Below, piece by piece: positions 39,696-53,730 of a stretch of DNA of 64,000 nucleotides; position 1 is the first letter of the stretch; the number at the start of each line of letters is the position of its first letter. The stretch lies in the NCBI GenBank assembly GCA_964016885.1, contig OZ024749.1, positions 35,898,001 to 35,962,000 on the forward strand. The letters run 5' to 3'. Both the position numbers and the translations under genes were made by a program. Source of the DNA: Eledone cirrhosa. Taxonomy: Eukaryota. The notes below the pieces were generated by a model. That model was not told where the DNA came from. It was given only the letters and a program-made list of their open reading frames with translations, and did no database searches.

Positions 39696-39734
39696 GTATA
39701 ACTTAGTTATTCTCTCTCCATTTATATATATATA

Positions 39735-40507
39735 CTAGCAGTAAAGCCCGGCGTTGCTCGGGGTCGCTCAGTAGCTGTGTTAAAGTTACAATGTTAAGTT
39801 TCTTTTTTGGCTTAAAAACTGTAGTGTCTACTGTGCAGACTTGCATGTGGTGTTTTTGATTAATATTCCCTCAACCAACAATATGCCTTATGAAGTTAAG
39901 AAAACATAACGATAACCCGAATGTTATAACAAAAGAGGATGCTGGGGATAAAAACTGCACTGGTTATTTATTAACAAAGATCGAAAATGTAAACACTGCA
40001 ACGCAGAGAAAAACATTAGCGTAGCCAAATTATCAGTTATGTCTGTCTGCACGCCTATATCACCTCTCTGCACGACTGTCTGTCTGCACGCCTGAAATAT
40101 TTGCTTGTTTTACGTAGTCTTTAAATAGACTTGTTTTCAAGTAAAAATATTGTTTTAAAATGCTTTTAAATGGAAATGAAGCAAAACGGAAGCTTAGTGT
40201 TCGAATGTTCGTGTATTGTGTTAATGTCATTTTAAACGCTGAGAAAGCCAGCGTAATTTTTTACGTAAGACGCTCAATGTAAACAGAACAGGGAAATAAC
40301 TGATAACTTACGCTCAAAAATCGATACATTATATTCGATTTCGTCACATAGGGTGGGTCAATTTGAAATTTTTTTTTTTCCGATGTCTTCGCTAGGGCTC
40401 AATGTACAAGTCTAGCAATTTCGGTGCAATTCCGTGAGAGATTCTAAGAGGAGATGTGTGCCAAAAATCGATAGACAGACAGACAACCACAGTTTTATAT
40501 ATATAGA
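39735..40507 (-). mobile_element. Non-autonomous Helitron (773 bp)
   Basis: Minus strand runs A|TCTATATATATAAAACTGTGGTTGTCTGTCTGTC ... CCCGAGCAACGCCGGG (hairpin) CTTTACTG CTAG|T. These are canonical TC/CTAG ends at an AT target. Confidence 0.88.
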
Positions 40508-42399
40508 TGTAAATTTGGTTGGCATTAGGGAGGGCATCCAGCCATAGAAAACCAGTTAGAAACACCCCTATATGAGCGGGACACAGTCACCCGACACAAC
40601 TTGCCTCAAACTAGGATCCGTCAAACCCATGCTAACGTGGAAGATGGATGTTATATGATATATTTGCTGGTTCACAATTGACCCTTGGTTAAAACGACAA
40701 CAACAACAACCATGCTACCAACAGAAGATAATTGAAGCAATTTTTACCAAAGATATTACATAAGAGGAAATCACTCGCGATGATGATGATGATGATGAAT
40801 CATGCTGTTTAATATGCATGTGCTGACTCAATGTGCAATCATTTGCATATTCACCTAGTTGCATATGCAAGTCAATGCAACAGATATACATGAAATGTTT
40901 CTTAATGAATGCAGTCTGCAACAGTCATATGATATATATTTTATCTTGTGATGATACTTCAGATTAGAGATAAGGAGATGGATAAGGGCCACAGCACATT
41001 CAGTCATTTAAATGTTGGCCTATGAGAGACATGCAGTTTGTGTACCATATCCAATGAATTGTGTGTCCCTTGCATAAACAATTTCAATCATTTCACTGAA
41101 GGCGGGGGGGGGGGGGGGGGGGGGGTTCTATTTTTTTTATGCACATATTAGGACTGAAAAAAGGGACACTGCCCACAGTCTTCATAGGTCTTCCAAGACC
41201 TAAAGGTAGAGGAAGTGTTCACAGCGATCACAGGTCCTCTGTGACCTAAAACAAGAGGCTATGCCCCCAACCTTCATAGGCCTTCCAACACCTTGAGAAA
41301 GGATCAGTGCCCTAGCCCTTCACAAGCCCTCTCAGACTAATAATTTTTCATATTTTCTTGGACCTTAATTACCTGTGAAGGATGTTAACACAATATTTAG
41401 AAGCATTTTATGATTAGGCTGCTGGAACAGAACAGAACCTGTTCATTAAGTGAGAAATTAAATTACTGACCAAACCAATTTGTTTTATGGCCACATTGGT
41501 TGAATGAAACCTCATCATTATGTATGGAATGACTGGAAAGGAAATAAATGAAAATTTATAGCTCACTCCTATGTAGGTTTATCTGGTCTCATGGGAGGTT
41601 TCTTGGGTGTTTTAATGATAGGATCCCAGTCCTATCATTGTTATCACAACCCACTCATATGTTGGTATAACTGGCCTCTCACTAAGTTGTATCTAATAGG
41701 AGGGTTTTTAGGTGCTTTAATGATATGGGCCCCAGTTCTATCATGATTAAGCAACATGAATAGAGTGTTTTGCTCAATAACAACACACTGTCCTTCTGGT
41801 CCAGATATTGAAACCATGACCTTATGATTGTGAATCTAACCACTAAGCCTCATACCTTTATAGCAGTAGCTGCATATATATATATAAACCTGGGACGACT
41901 TGATAAATTCCAACCTCACACACTTACACCTCCCCAAGACAATGTCACTGGACCGAGATCTTTGGCGCTACACTGTAATACAGAAGACCCGCCTTGCCTA
42001 AGTACAAAGCGAAACCTACAGTAGGCACCTCTAACAAAAATACACCCCCGTCCCACTACCTCCACCCCATCCACACCACCCCTTTCGATGTAAAGTTATG
42101 TTGGTAGCACAACATCCAATCCGAAATAAAAGTGGTTGTGTAGGTGTCACGACATAAAAAAAACACAGTCCACGCTGTAATGTGGCCGTGTAGGTAACAC
42201 AGTAAAAACCTCCCAGTCCACACTGTAAACGTGGTTGGTGTTAGGAAGGGCATCCAGCCGTAGAAAACCTGCCTAGACAGTCCTATGCGAGCAAGACAAC
42301 CACTCTTGCCTCAAGTGGGAAAATTCCCGTCCAAACCCATGCAAGCGTGGAAGATGGACGTTAAACGATGATGATGTATATATACACACACACACACAC

Positions 42400-42486
<87 letters not shown>

Positions 42487-43049
42487 TGATTGTTTCTGAG
42501 GAAGACAATGGATCGGAGATTTCAAGACTTAGAAATAGGTAGTGACATAACCACTACCTACTAGTTGATATATCAATCTACCATGATCAATCGACCCTCT
42601 GAAACGATTGTAAAAAAAAATGAACTAATTAAGAACCTGTCTTCCACTTTTGTTTTCTTTTTATTGTTCAATACACACACAAGTGTGTGTGTGTGTGTGT
42701 GTATGTAATTAAACCAATATAGCTACTGTACTTAAAGCAGCAAGCAAGATATAGTTATTGCTATAGATAGAGACACAGCAATAAAGTGTTTCAGTTTTAA
42801 TAGCAATTTTGCTGATCTGTGGAATAATGAGACACAGGAAGACTGGCACAATAGTAAATAATAGAACTTTCTCTAAAACTAATAAAAGCAGTAGGAAAAG
42901 GAAGGCCAAAGGAAATGGAAGGAGCTTTTTTTCAATGAATTTAATAACACAAAAAAAAATATGAACAGAGAGAAGTGACAAAAACCAATATTGGCTGAAT
43001 GCCATTAAAATCCATTTTCAATTGTGAATATAGACTGTATGTATGTACA

Positions 43050-43233
43050 GTTGAGTTAGATATGTATGTAAGTATGTATATATGTATATATGTACAGCAG
43101 AGATAGTTTATATAATATGTATGTGTATGTATACATCTATATATATATATATATATATATACGTATATATATATATATGGATGTGAGTGTGTGTATATAT
43201 ATATATATGTATGTGTGTATATATATATATATA

Positions 43234-43268
<35 letters not shown>

Positions 43269-43493
43269 GTGTGTGGGTATATATGTATGTATTTAGATGT
43301 GTGTAATTATATATAATATACATGTATGTATGTCTGTATATATAATATGTATATATGTGTGTGTATATATATGTGTGTGTATGTATAGACGAGTTAGTTG
43401 AACAGGAGCCAGTAGAAAACAAAACAAAAGGATGTTCAATAAATTATATAAATATCAGAAATTATATATATATATATATCACACATGTATGTA

Positions 43494-43580
<87 letters not shown>

Positions 43581-43583
43581 ATG

Positions 43584-43614
<31 letters not shown>

Positions 43615-43658
43615 GTATATATATATATATACATAGTTGTATATATATATATACATAC

Positions 43659-43713
<55 letters not shown>

Positions 43714-43757
43714 TATAAATATATATAATATAATATATATATGTATGTATATATATA

Positions 43758-43808
<51 letters not shown>

Positions 43809-43810
43809 CA
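43050..43810. repeat. Extended (TA)n/(TG)n compound microsatellite
   Basis: About 750 bp dominated by TA dinucleotides; the source of many spurious YI/IY ORFs. Confidence 0.95.
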
Positions 43811-45893
43811 CACAAAGTAGATTCAATTACAGCTTTACAGAATAACTACAATGAATTTTTTCTAGATATATATTTAGTTGACTGTGATAATGATAATGAT
43901 GATGATGATGATGACAGTGATGATGACGCGGACAAACACCGATACTGACGACAATGATGATGATGATGACAAAGACTCTGATGATGAATACAATGACGAT
44001 GCCAGTAGAAACGGTAGATACGGTGCTGGAGAATATCACAAAGTGGTGGGGTTTGTTGTGAGGTGAGATGACTTCCTATTGTCTGACCACTTAAAAAAGA
44101 CGCCATCCAATTTAACTTTAAAAAACATATAGTTGTTTTCATTTAAAACTTGAATTAGTTGTTGTTTTGCTAACTTATCGGTAAGGTTTATTGGAAAGGC
44201 AGACAATCTAATTAACAAGAGAGAATAATTATTTCTTGCTTGATCGTTAACTCAAGTTTTTTTTAATCAACTGTATTCCTATTGTCAACACTGACCTAAC
44301 TGTTAGACTTATTAATTAAACATTTTACATCGGTTTATTTATTTTGTATTCAACTATGGATTAGATAGATAAGTAAATTTAGACTTTAGAGATACATTTA
44401 ATATATACATATATAGTATAATTTATATATAATCAACAAACTATAGTATAATCAGACTTAAGCACTCCATGTATGTACCTAACTAAGATCTGGAGTTACA
44501 TAGACCAATGGAACATCCGTATGTTAATAGATATGAAAACTTTTTATAATTCTATTCTTCAGCTTATTAAATAACAACTTGTAAGCACGTTTCAGAGGTA
44601 TCAGACAATTGCTATGTGAGAATAAAATAAGTCAGGCACGTCATTATCAGACAGTGTTTCACAAAGCTGGTGATATGAGGACCGAAGGACATAGGTTGTC
44701 GATTGTCCAAAAGTTTGGTTGTTATTTAATAAATTGAACTGTGTCTTCATATTTGTTAACATATATATATCATCATATACATACATATACATATACATAT
44801 ATATATATACACAGTTCAAGAGTAACCAATCTTAAAGAGAGAGATGGAGATAGGAGAGGAGAGATTGGTGAATTAGTTAGAAGCCAAAGTGTAACTAATG
44901 AATATATATATATAGGAACGAATATATATATATATATATATATATATCAAAGATAAATCAATATAAAAACATCTTGATTTCATTCTTCTGTAAAAAGCTC
45001 AGTGGAAGCAAGATTTGAAAAGAACCTCTTCTAGAACTCTCTTATGTAAGAATATTACAGAAAACAATATAATTATATAAAAGCCAAAATCGGTTCTGTA
45101 TGAGCAAGACATGGTCTTCACACACTGACTCTGTACTGAAGTGGATCTGAAGAGCATGCCATACTCACACATTCCATTTGGCATGGTCTCTTCAGCTGAA
45201 TATCCTTCCTATTGACAACTGGTTCACAGACTGTACTGGGTGAAATTTGTCATGGCACCAACATATAATAATTCCTCCCCTTTCTATATCACCTCCTGTA
45301 TTAACAGAGCATCAGAGTTCCACAGTTGATATGTTGTGAAAAATATTCCAACAGAATCATCTTAACAGAACATCTCAAAGTTAATGTTCCATTAAAAATG
45401 GTTTATTGATCCTTAAAAAAGAAGGTTACTTCTGTATCTCAGCAACTTGGTAAAATATACTCTCACTTTTTCACTCTCTCTCAATAATGGTACACACACT
45501 CTCTCTTTCAAGAAGCCACACACTCACACACAAGCACATTCTCTCTCTTAAGGAACCACACACACACACACACACACACTCTACCTCTCTCAAGGAACCA
45601 CACAACCACAATAATGGTACACACACACACACACACTCTCTCTCTCTCAAGGAACAACATGGCCACAATAATTGTTTCTACTTTTGACACAAGGCCAGCA
45701 ATTATCCCAGTGCATTACTGGTACTGGCAATAATGGTATACACATACACACACACACTCTCTCAATGAACAACATGGCCACAATAATGGTACATACACAC
45801 ACACACTCTCTCTCTCTCTCTCTCTCTCTCTCAAGAAACCACACAACCAAAATAATGGCATCTCTATCTCTTTTTCTTCCCTCTCTCTCTCTC

Positions 45894-45934
<41 letters not shown>

Positions 45935-46779
45935 CTTCTCTCCCCTCTCTCTATTTATCTCTCTTTATCCCTCTCCCTCTATCACAAGAATAAAAGCTAT
46001 TATTATTGATCAAATTTATTATATTATGAGTTCTCTACAAGTTTTCATGGTTGTTTTCGTGTATATTACTTTATTCTATTCTCTATTAGAATCTTAGACA
46101 AACCATTACCTGTATCTCTTGCAGACCATCAAATTCTTCTTTCTAAGATGTTGTGTAAGTTTACAGTTTCAAGCCACCTTCTTGCGATTCTACAATTGTA
46201 TTCTATCTTGCCATAAAATCAGTTATGTCTGCCATACTGCCATACAATAGATACAGTTGAAGGTTACATCAGACATAATCTCTTTACATTCTTATCTAGT
46301 TTTAAAGTCTGTGATGTAGTTGTTTCAATAGTATTCACTAGCTAATAACCTACAGTGAAAGCATGTGGCCTAGTGGATAGAGCATCATATATAATCATCA
46401 TCATCATCGTCATCATCATCATTTTATGTTTTCTGACCATGCTTGTATGGGATGGACAGGTTATGTTCTGAGAATAGACAGGAGTAGGTAGATCAGATGA
46501 CCATGTCTTGCTTATACATTTTGTTTTGTCATGATTTCAATGGCTGGATGTTCTTCCTAATGTTGACCACTCTACAGCAGGCATATCAAACACGCGACCC
46601 TTAACAAGCACACTTGTGGCCCACACAAAGGTTTTTATAGTGCGAGCATGTTTTACTTTGTAACATAGAATAAGAAAAAATAGTTGTAATGTTCACAATT
46701 AGTTGTCGTGTGTGGCCCTCAGACAACACATGTGACCCATGTGGCACTCGGGGGGACCCTCAGTTTGAAATGCTTGCTC

Positions 46780-47400
46780 TACAGTGTATAGACTGCATTC
46801 ATTTTATCATGGCACCAGCAATATCACTTTTCAGAGTGGACTGCATTCATTTAATCATGGCATTAACACTAACACTAACACTTTTCAGTGTGTTCTGGAG
46901 ACATTTTATCGTAGCACCAGCCTTATGACTTTATAGCATGTACTGGGCACATTTCATCATGGCATCACAACTACCGCTTTACTGGGTGGACTGGGAACAT
47001 TTTATCATGGTACCAGCACTACCACTTTACAGAGTGGACTGGGAACATTTTATCATGGTACCAGCACTACCACTTTACAGAGTGGACTGGGAACATTTTA
47101 TCATGGTACCAGCACTATAACTTTACAGAGTGGACTGGGTAAATTTTATCATGGTACCAGCACTACCACTTTACAGAGTGGACTGGGTAAATTTTATCAT
47201 GGTACCAGCACTACCACTTTACAGAGTGGACTGGGTGCATTTTATCATGGTACCAGCACTACCACTTTACAGAGTGGACTGGCTACATTTTATCATGGTA
47301 CCAGCACTACCACTTTACAGAGTGTACTGGCTACATTTTATCATGGTACCAGCACTACCACTTTAAAGAGTGAACTGGGTGCATTTTTTGTGACACTAAC
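46780..47400. repeat. 48-bp minisatellite, about 12 units
   Basis: Unit agagtggactgggaacattttatcatggtaccagcactaccactttac, homogeneous over 46975-47375 and more diverged at the left edge. Confidence 0.95.
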
Positions 47401-47588
47401 ACTAGGAGGTTGTCTGTGAGTGACTACACTAAAGAGACTTCACTAGCGTATGTCATGTATCACACAGTTTCATGTCATATTTCACAGTTCATGTGATATC
47501 ACTGTCACGTGTGGTATATCACACAGTTAGATGTCATATTTCATAGTTGATGTGGTGGTATCACACAGTAACATGTCATGTTTCACAG

Positions 47589-48661
47589 TTCATGTGGTGA
47601 TGTCACAGTCAAATGGGGTATATCACACAGCACAGATCTGTGTCAGATTTATAGAAAATATCATACAAAGTTACACTGTTATAATATCACATAGCTCGTG
47701 TGGATTATCACACACGTGATATCACACAGCATCATTGAACATATTACATAAAGTGTTGTTCTTTTATATTATCCTTGGAAAAGTGATATCTTGTGATATT
47801 ATTTGTTGTCACTTAACAAACATGTGATATTGTTATCTGTGTTGTATCACTCACTCTCTCTTTCTCTCTGGTTGGGTGGGCCAGTTTGGATTGTCATCAC
47901 CTAAATATATCTGATATTATCTCACAGTGGTTACCCCCCTCTCTTTCATGTGGTGATGTCACAGTCAAATGGGGTATATCACACAGCACAGATCTGTGTC
48001 AGATTTATAGAAAATATCACACAAAGTTACACTGTTATAATATCACATAGCTCGTGTGGATTATCACACACGTGATATCACACAGCATCATTGAACATAT
48101 TACATAAAGTGTTGTTCTTTTATATTATCCTTGGAAAAGTGATATCTTGTGATATTATTTGTTGTCACTTAACAAACATGTGATATTGTTATCTGTGTTG
48201 TATCACTCACTCTCTCTTTCTCTCTGGTTGGGTGGGCCAGTTTGGATTGTCATCACCTAAATATATCTGATATTATCTCACAGTGGTTACCCCCCTCTCT
48301 TTCATGTGGTGATGTCACAGTCAAATGGGGTATATCACACAGCACAGATCTGTGTCAGATTTATAGAAAATATCACACAAAGTTACACTGTTATAATATC
48401 ACATAGCTCGTGTGGATTATCACACACGTGATATCACACAGCATCATTGAACATATTACATAAAGTGTTGTTCTTTTATATTATCCTTGGAAAAATGAAA
48501 TATCTTGTGATATTATTTGTTGTCACTTAACAAACATGTGATATTGTTATCTGTGTTGCATCACTCACTCTCTCTTTCTCTCTGGTTGGGTGGGCCAGTT
48601 TAGATTGTCATCACCTAAATATATCTGATATTATCTCACAGTGGTTACCCCCCTCTCTTTC
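47589..48661. repeat. Three near-identical tandem copies of a 356-bp unit
   Basis: Unit start ttcatgtggtgatgtcacagtc at 47589, 47945 and 48301, with only a few differences. Confidence 0.95.
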
Positions 48662-48794
48662 TCTTTCACATTGGTACAATTTAAATTTTGAAATTTTATC
48701 TTTTTTATAAAAAAAAATTTTTTTTTGCAGTAAATGGATTCTGGTTTCTTCCTTTAGGGAAATCAAGAAACATAAGATGTGTGTGTGTAATGGT

Positions 48795-48826
<32 letters not shown>

Positions 48827-49299
48827 TGTATGTGTAATGGTTATGTGCGTGTGTGCATGTATGTGTAATGGTTACGTGTGTGTATGCATGTATGTGTAAT
48901 GGTTATGTATGCGTGTATGTGTAATGTTTATGTGTGAGAGTGTGTGTATGTGTAATTGTTATGTATGTGTGTGGGAGTGTGTGTATGTGTAATCGTTATG
49001 TATGTGTGTGGGAGTGTGTGTATGTGTAATCGTTATGTATGTGTGTGGAAGTGTGTGTATGTGTAATGATCATGTATGTGTGTGTATGTGTAATGATTAT
49101 GTATGTGTGTATATGTGTACCGGTTATGTATGTGTGCGGGAGTGTGTGTATGTGTAACGGTTATGTATGTGTGTGGAAGTGTGTGTATGTGTAATGATTA
49201 TGTATGTGTACATAATAATTTGATTGTGTGTAGAAATACATGTATGTATGTATATATGATGTGTACATTGAATATGTTTGCATACACATATCTACATAC

Positions 49300-49680
49300 A
49301 CCTTCATCACTGTGTGTGTGTGCAGTATACTTTGATTGGTGTGTGTACACACACCTTCATCACTGTGTGTGTGTGCAGTATACTTTGATTGGTGTGTGTA
49401 CACACACCTTTATCACTGTGTGTGTGTGTTCATCACTGTGTGTGTGTGTGCAGTATACTTTGATTGGTGTGTGTACACACACCTTCATCACTGTGTGTGT
49501 GTGCAGTATACTTTGATTGGTGTGTGTACACACACCTTTATCACTGTGTGTGTGTGTTCATCACTGTGTGTGTGTGTGCAGTATACTTTGATTGGTGTGT
49601 GTACACACACCTTTATCACTGTGTGTGTGTGTTCATCACTGTGTGTGTGTGCAGTATACTTTGATTGGTGTGTGTGCACA
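49300..49680. repeat. Minisatellite of about 52-72 bp built on (TG)n
   Basis: Recurring catcactgtgtgtgtgtgcagtatactttgattggtgtgtgtacacacacct. Confidence 0.9.
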
Positions 49681-49819
49681 CTATCTCTGAGACATGATGA
49701 CAACATCAAATTCCAGTAGAAAATGGAGTCAATTCTAATATTGGTAATTCCAGTTCTTAATATTTTTTATTGGTTATACCCGAAGGAAGGCTTTTTCGGT
49801 GTAAATCTGTGTGTGTATG

Positions 49820-49851
<32 letters not shown>

Positions 49852-50759
49852 TGTGTGTGTACATATATATATATATGTATGTGTGTGTGTGTGTACATAT
49901 AAGTTGCTCGCCAAACAAATACAATTCTGGAATATTATATATAAAGCATAGGAAAATGGCTGTACAATGATGTTTATTAAATACATACACACTCTGCACA
50001 CACACATATATATATATATATATATTATAATCAATAAAACAGTGGAGTTTTCAAACTGTATTTAATAGATTCCTTTACAATTGTTTCTGTGCACAACATA
50101 TCTGTGTATATTCATATTTTAGAAAAGTTTTCCTTGGAGAAATTCAAACTTAAACAGTTTGCCATTTTACTTCCATGCATTGGAAGATATCTGAGGCAAA
50201 TTTCTGATAAATGTATTTGTGCCTCATTTGAACATCTAGTATATATATAAAACACTGTAAAGTGGTTGATATTAGGGAGAGCATCCAGCTGTAGAAAAGA
50301 TGCTCCCAGGACATGCTGTAGAGTGGTTGGCATTAGGAGGAGCATCTAACTTCAAGAACCAAGCCAAATCAAAACGTACAAGCAGGACCTAGTCTCTTGT
50401 CTCATCTGACCTCAGCATCCAACAAGCATACAACCCATCCAAGCATGGTTACTAGTAATTTTGCACTGTGTGAGATATATATAGAAGACCTAACCTTACT
50501 GATGGAAGAAATCTTGGTCATAAGATGCTTATTACCAGAATTGATAATTGGTGTTTAATACTAATTACTAAGATCGGAGGTTTGTGTCTTTTCTTTGATT
50601 TCCAGAAACAGTTCTGTCTAAGACACTTTAGACGTTACCATCTTGAAGTAAATATATTTACTTACATAATTCTGCATATATGTACAAAATACTAGTAGTT
50701 TCTCAATTGATATATATCCTTTTATATATCGTGTAAACTTACTGTATATATATATATAT

Positions 50760-50818
<59 letters not shown>

Positions 50819-50819
50819 T

Positions 50820-51117
50820 ATCCAGGCCGGGTAAAATTCCCGAGATCCATGGACTAATTCTCTCCAGTGGTCTCTGTCCTTCATCATCGCTGCCATGTCC
50901 TACGTCTCCTAGAGACCAGTGTCCTTAGGGCATCAATATATGTCAACCTCAGTCTCCCTCTTCTAGTGTGTTCGTGTAGAAGCTCCCACAGGAGCACTGA
51001 TTGCAGTGTCAACTCTGAATGTCAGTATGTCCAGCTAACCTTGGTCTTCTGTGTTACTTTCGAGCTGACTTTTGAGAGGCTCCCATATAGCTCTGAGTTC
51101 TTCATCCTTAGTGTATA

Positions 51118-51120
<3 letters not shown>
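50820..51120 (-). mobile_element. Decayed LINE ORF 3' end (RTE-like)
   Basis: Minus-strand remnant ...KDTGL...AAMMKDRDHWRELV resembles a LINE ORF2 terminus. Confidence 0.55.
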
Positions 51121-51150
<30 letters not shown>

Positions 51151-51422
51151 CCATATGGGTATGATAAATAAAATAGGTCTATATAGTAAGGTAAAGGAGT
51201 GAAGAAGTAAATAATTCTAAAGAATTTCATAGAATAATTGAGAGTTGACTAAGTGGAGAAATCTTACATGGAAGGAGTGTCTTGTTATCTCATAGCGGAC
51301 ATTGGGTGGAGCCAATTTGATGGGATAGGAATCTAACTGACCACCATGTCATAATCAGTATCTATACCTCATTGGTCAGTGATTTAGCCAATCAAAATAA
51401 TACATATATATACGTAAGTGAC

Positions 51423-51481
<59 letters not shown>

Positions 51482-52359
51482 TATATATAGAGAGAAATGT
51501 CACCTTGAATGTCCCCTTGCCCTTCCTCTTCCCTCTCTTCTTTATCTCAGTCTGTATGTTTATTGACCACAACATTCAATAGCCAATAACCAATGACCAA
51601 TGGTCACTTTATGTCCCTGTCAGCAAATATCTGGATTTTCTTAAACTTTTGACCTTTTCTTCGGACAATTCACTCATAATTTAGTCTCCTTACACATACA
51701 TAAGAAGAACAACAACAATGATACTTCTAATAGTAATGATAATAATATAAATAATAATAATGATCTTTTTTGATGCATGTTATTCTATGTGATGTAAGAA
51801 AGGAAATTTATTGACATACTCTCAAATCATAAATGAATAAATGTATATTAATGACGATAATAATAACAATAACAGCAACAAGATGATGGTGATGATGATG
51901 ATGATGATGATGATATTAACTATGGAGAAGCAGTTCTACTAAAGTCAGCAAACCAACCAGAATATCTTTTGATATCCTTCATGGTTTATAAATCTTTCTT
52001 CTGACCAATTTTATTGTTCCGTCTGACTTTTATGAAGATCATTAAATAAAGTTTATGGAATTTCAACTTGGATTCACTGATATGGAATGGTTCCATCATT
52101 TGTCTTTCTTTTACTTTCTCCAAAAATTCTTGAAAATTTTAGCGAGATCTTCTATATCATTCTTTTTCTGGCTCCAGTCATTAGACTGCAGCCATACTGG
52201 GGCACCACCTTGTTTTAGTCAATCATATTGATAAGATGATGTCTTATTTTTTTCAAATCTGCTACTTTTTTTTATTGATCTCTTTTTTTTTTTTTTGTTT
52301 AACATCTAAGTTATGTGACATTAACACAGACATTGGCACACACATACACTCACACACAC

Positions 52360-52640
52360 ATCATCATCATCATCATCATTTTACGTCCGCTTTTCCCTGC
52401 TTGCAAGGGTGGGATGGGTCTTATTCAGCACAGCCTCTCTCCACTTGTCACGGTCCTTCGTCATCTCCACCGTGAACTTCAGCGATCTGTGATCTGTTCT
52501 CACCACCTCCGCCCATGTTTTTCGTGGTCTACCTCTACCACGTCTTCCTTCAACTGGCATTTCCTGGCACTTCGTCACCCATCTGTCATCCTCCATGCTC
52601 ATCACATGTCCATACCACCTCAGTCTCCTCTCTCGCACAC
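52360..52640 (-). mobile_element. RTE LINE 3' terminal fragment
   Basis: ORF 52381-52653 has RERRLRWYGHV...GRRGRGRPRKTW...DRDKWREAV, followed by a (GAT)n tail. Confidence 0.88.
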
Positions 52641-53036
52641 TACACACACACATATATATGTATATATATAGAAATCTTGGTTTTCCTTTTGCATTAATTA
52701 TTTATGTTCAGTGGCTTTCACTGTCTTCACCTGCCAGTATCATAACCCATTGGAGTACACCTTTGACTTGAATTCCTGCATGTTATCGACTTTAATAATG
52801 CATTGAGCCCTACCAAAATATGTATGAGCTGTATCAACAGCTTGGTAGGACTGGGGTTCCTATTATTAAAAAACCCAAGAAACTTCTTATGAAATACAGT
52901 TTTGTAGACCAGTTACAACTGCTGTAAATTTCATTTTTTTTTTTTTTTCAATATTGGAATTAAGTCAAGATATGATTGTAAGGTTTCGGTGGGTAGGTGT
53001 GGAGGAATGCGGCCTGGGTCTCTAAGAACCACCAAA

Positions 53037-53074
<38 letters not shown>

Positions 53075-53129
53075 AGCTTAGTGTGTGTTTATCTGTCTGT
53101 CTGTTACAGGTAAATATTGAAAAAATATA

Positions 53130-53272
53130 ATGTCAAATATCCAAGGTAAAGGAAGTCTCCAGAAACTGTCAGAGTTCCAAGAGAAACCAGAAGGTGCCAT
53201 TCCACTCAGTAGACAAGATGTCTTAACTTACCAACTTAAAAGACTCAGTGATTGGCAGCCAAAGTCTGAAAT
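53130..53272 (+). CDS. TMEM126: First coding exon of a TMEM126-like mitochondrial inner-membrane protein (exon 53110-53272; rest of gene not identified here)
   Basis: Acceptor tctgtctgttacag|, in-exon ATG at 53130, open frame MSNIQGKGSLQKLSEFQEKPEGAIPLSRQDVLTYQLKRLSDWQPKSE, and phase-2 donor AT|GTAAGT. The A...(E/Q)..L.YQ.K....W...E pattern resembles invertebrate TMEM126 N-termini as recalled; not searched. Confidence 0.7.
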
Positions 53273-53730
53273 GTAAGTACAGTTGTTGTTGTTATTGTTC
53301 TTCTTCTTCTTCTTCTTTTTCTTTTTCTTCTTTTTCTTCTTCTTCTTCTTCTTCTTCTTCTTCTTCTTCTTCTTCCACAACTACTACTACAATCACCACC
53401 ACTGCTACTACTACTACTACTACACTATCACCACAACCACCTTCTACTACCACTACTACTACTATAACAACAACCATTACTGCTACACACACACACATAC
53501 ATACATGCACATATACACAAATACATACACATATAAACACATGCGTTCACACACACACACACACATTCTTACATACCGACCCACACATCTCTTCCATACA
53601 CATACATATATATACATACAAATACTTACACACACATTCACTCATATACACAGGTATTCAACTAGAAGAAAATCAGGCTTTTTGTCTCATGTTTTATTCT
53701 TAAATTAAATTATTTCTTTTTTTCTCAAAG

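Noticed and set aside
46938-47366. 16-aa repeat protein or CRISPR-like array
   Set aside because: Contiguous 48-bp units with no unique spacers, interrupted by a stop, and derived from a retroelement tail. The context is eukaryotic with no cas genes.
27161-48780. Small exon-like AG...GT segments at 27161, 33357, 35132 and 48731
   Set aside because: Weak donors and no recognisable peptide; not distinguishable from chance without RNA data.
51305-51605. CCAAT-box cluster as an alternative promoter
   Set aside because: Several CCAAT/ATTGG pentamers are present, but with no supporting TSS, CpG or donor context, and they are split by a TA tract.
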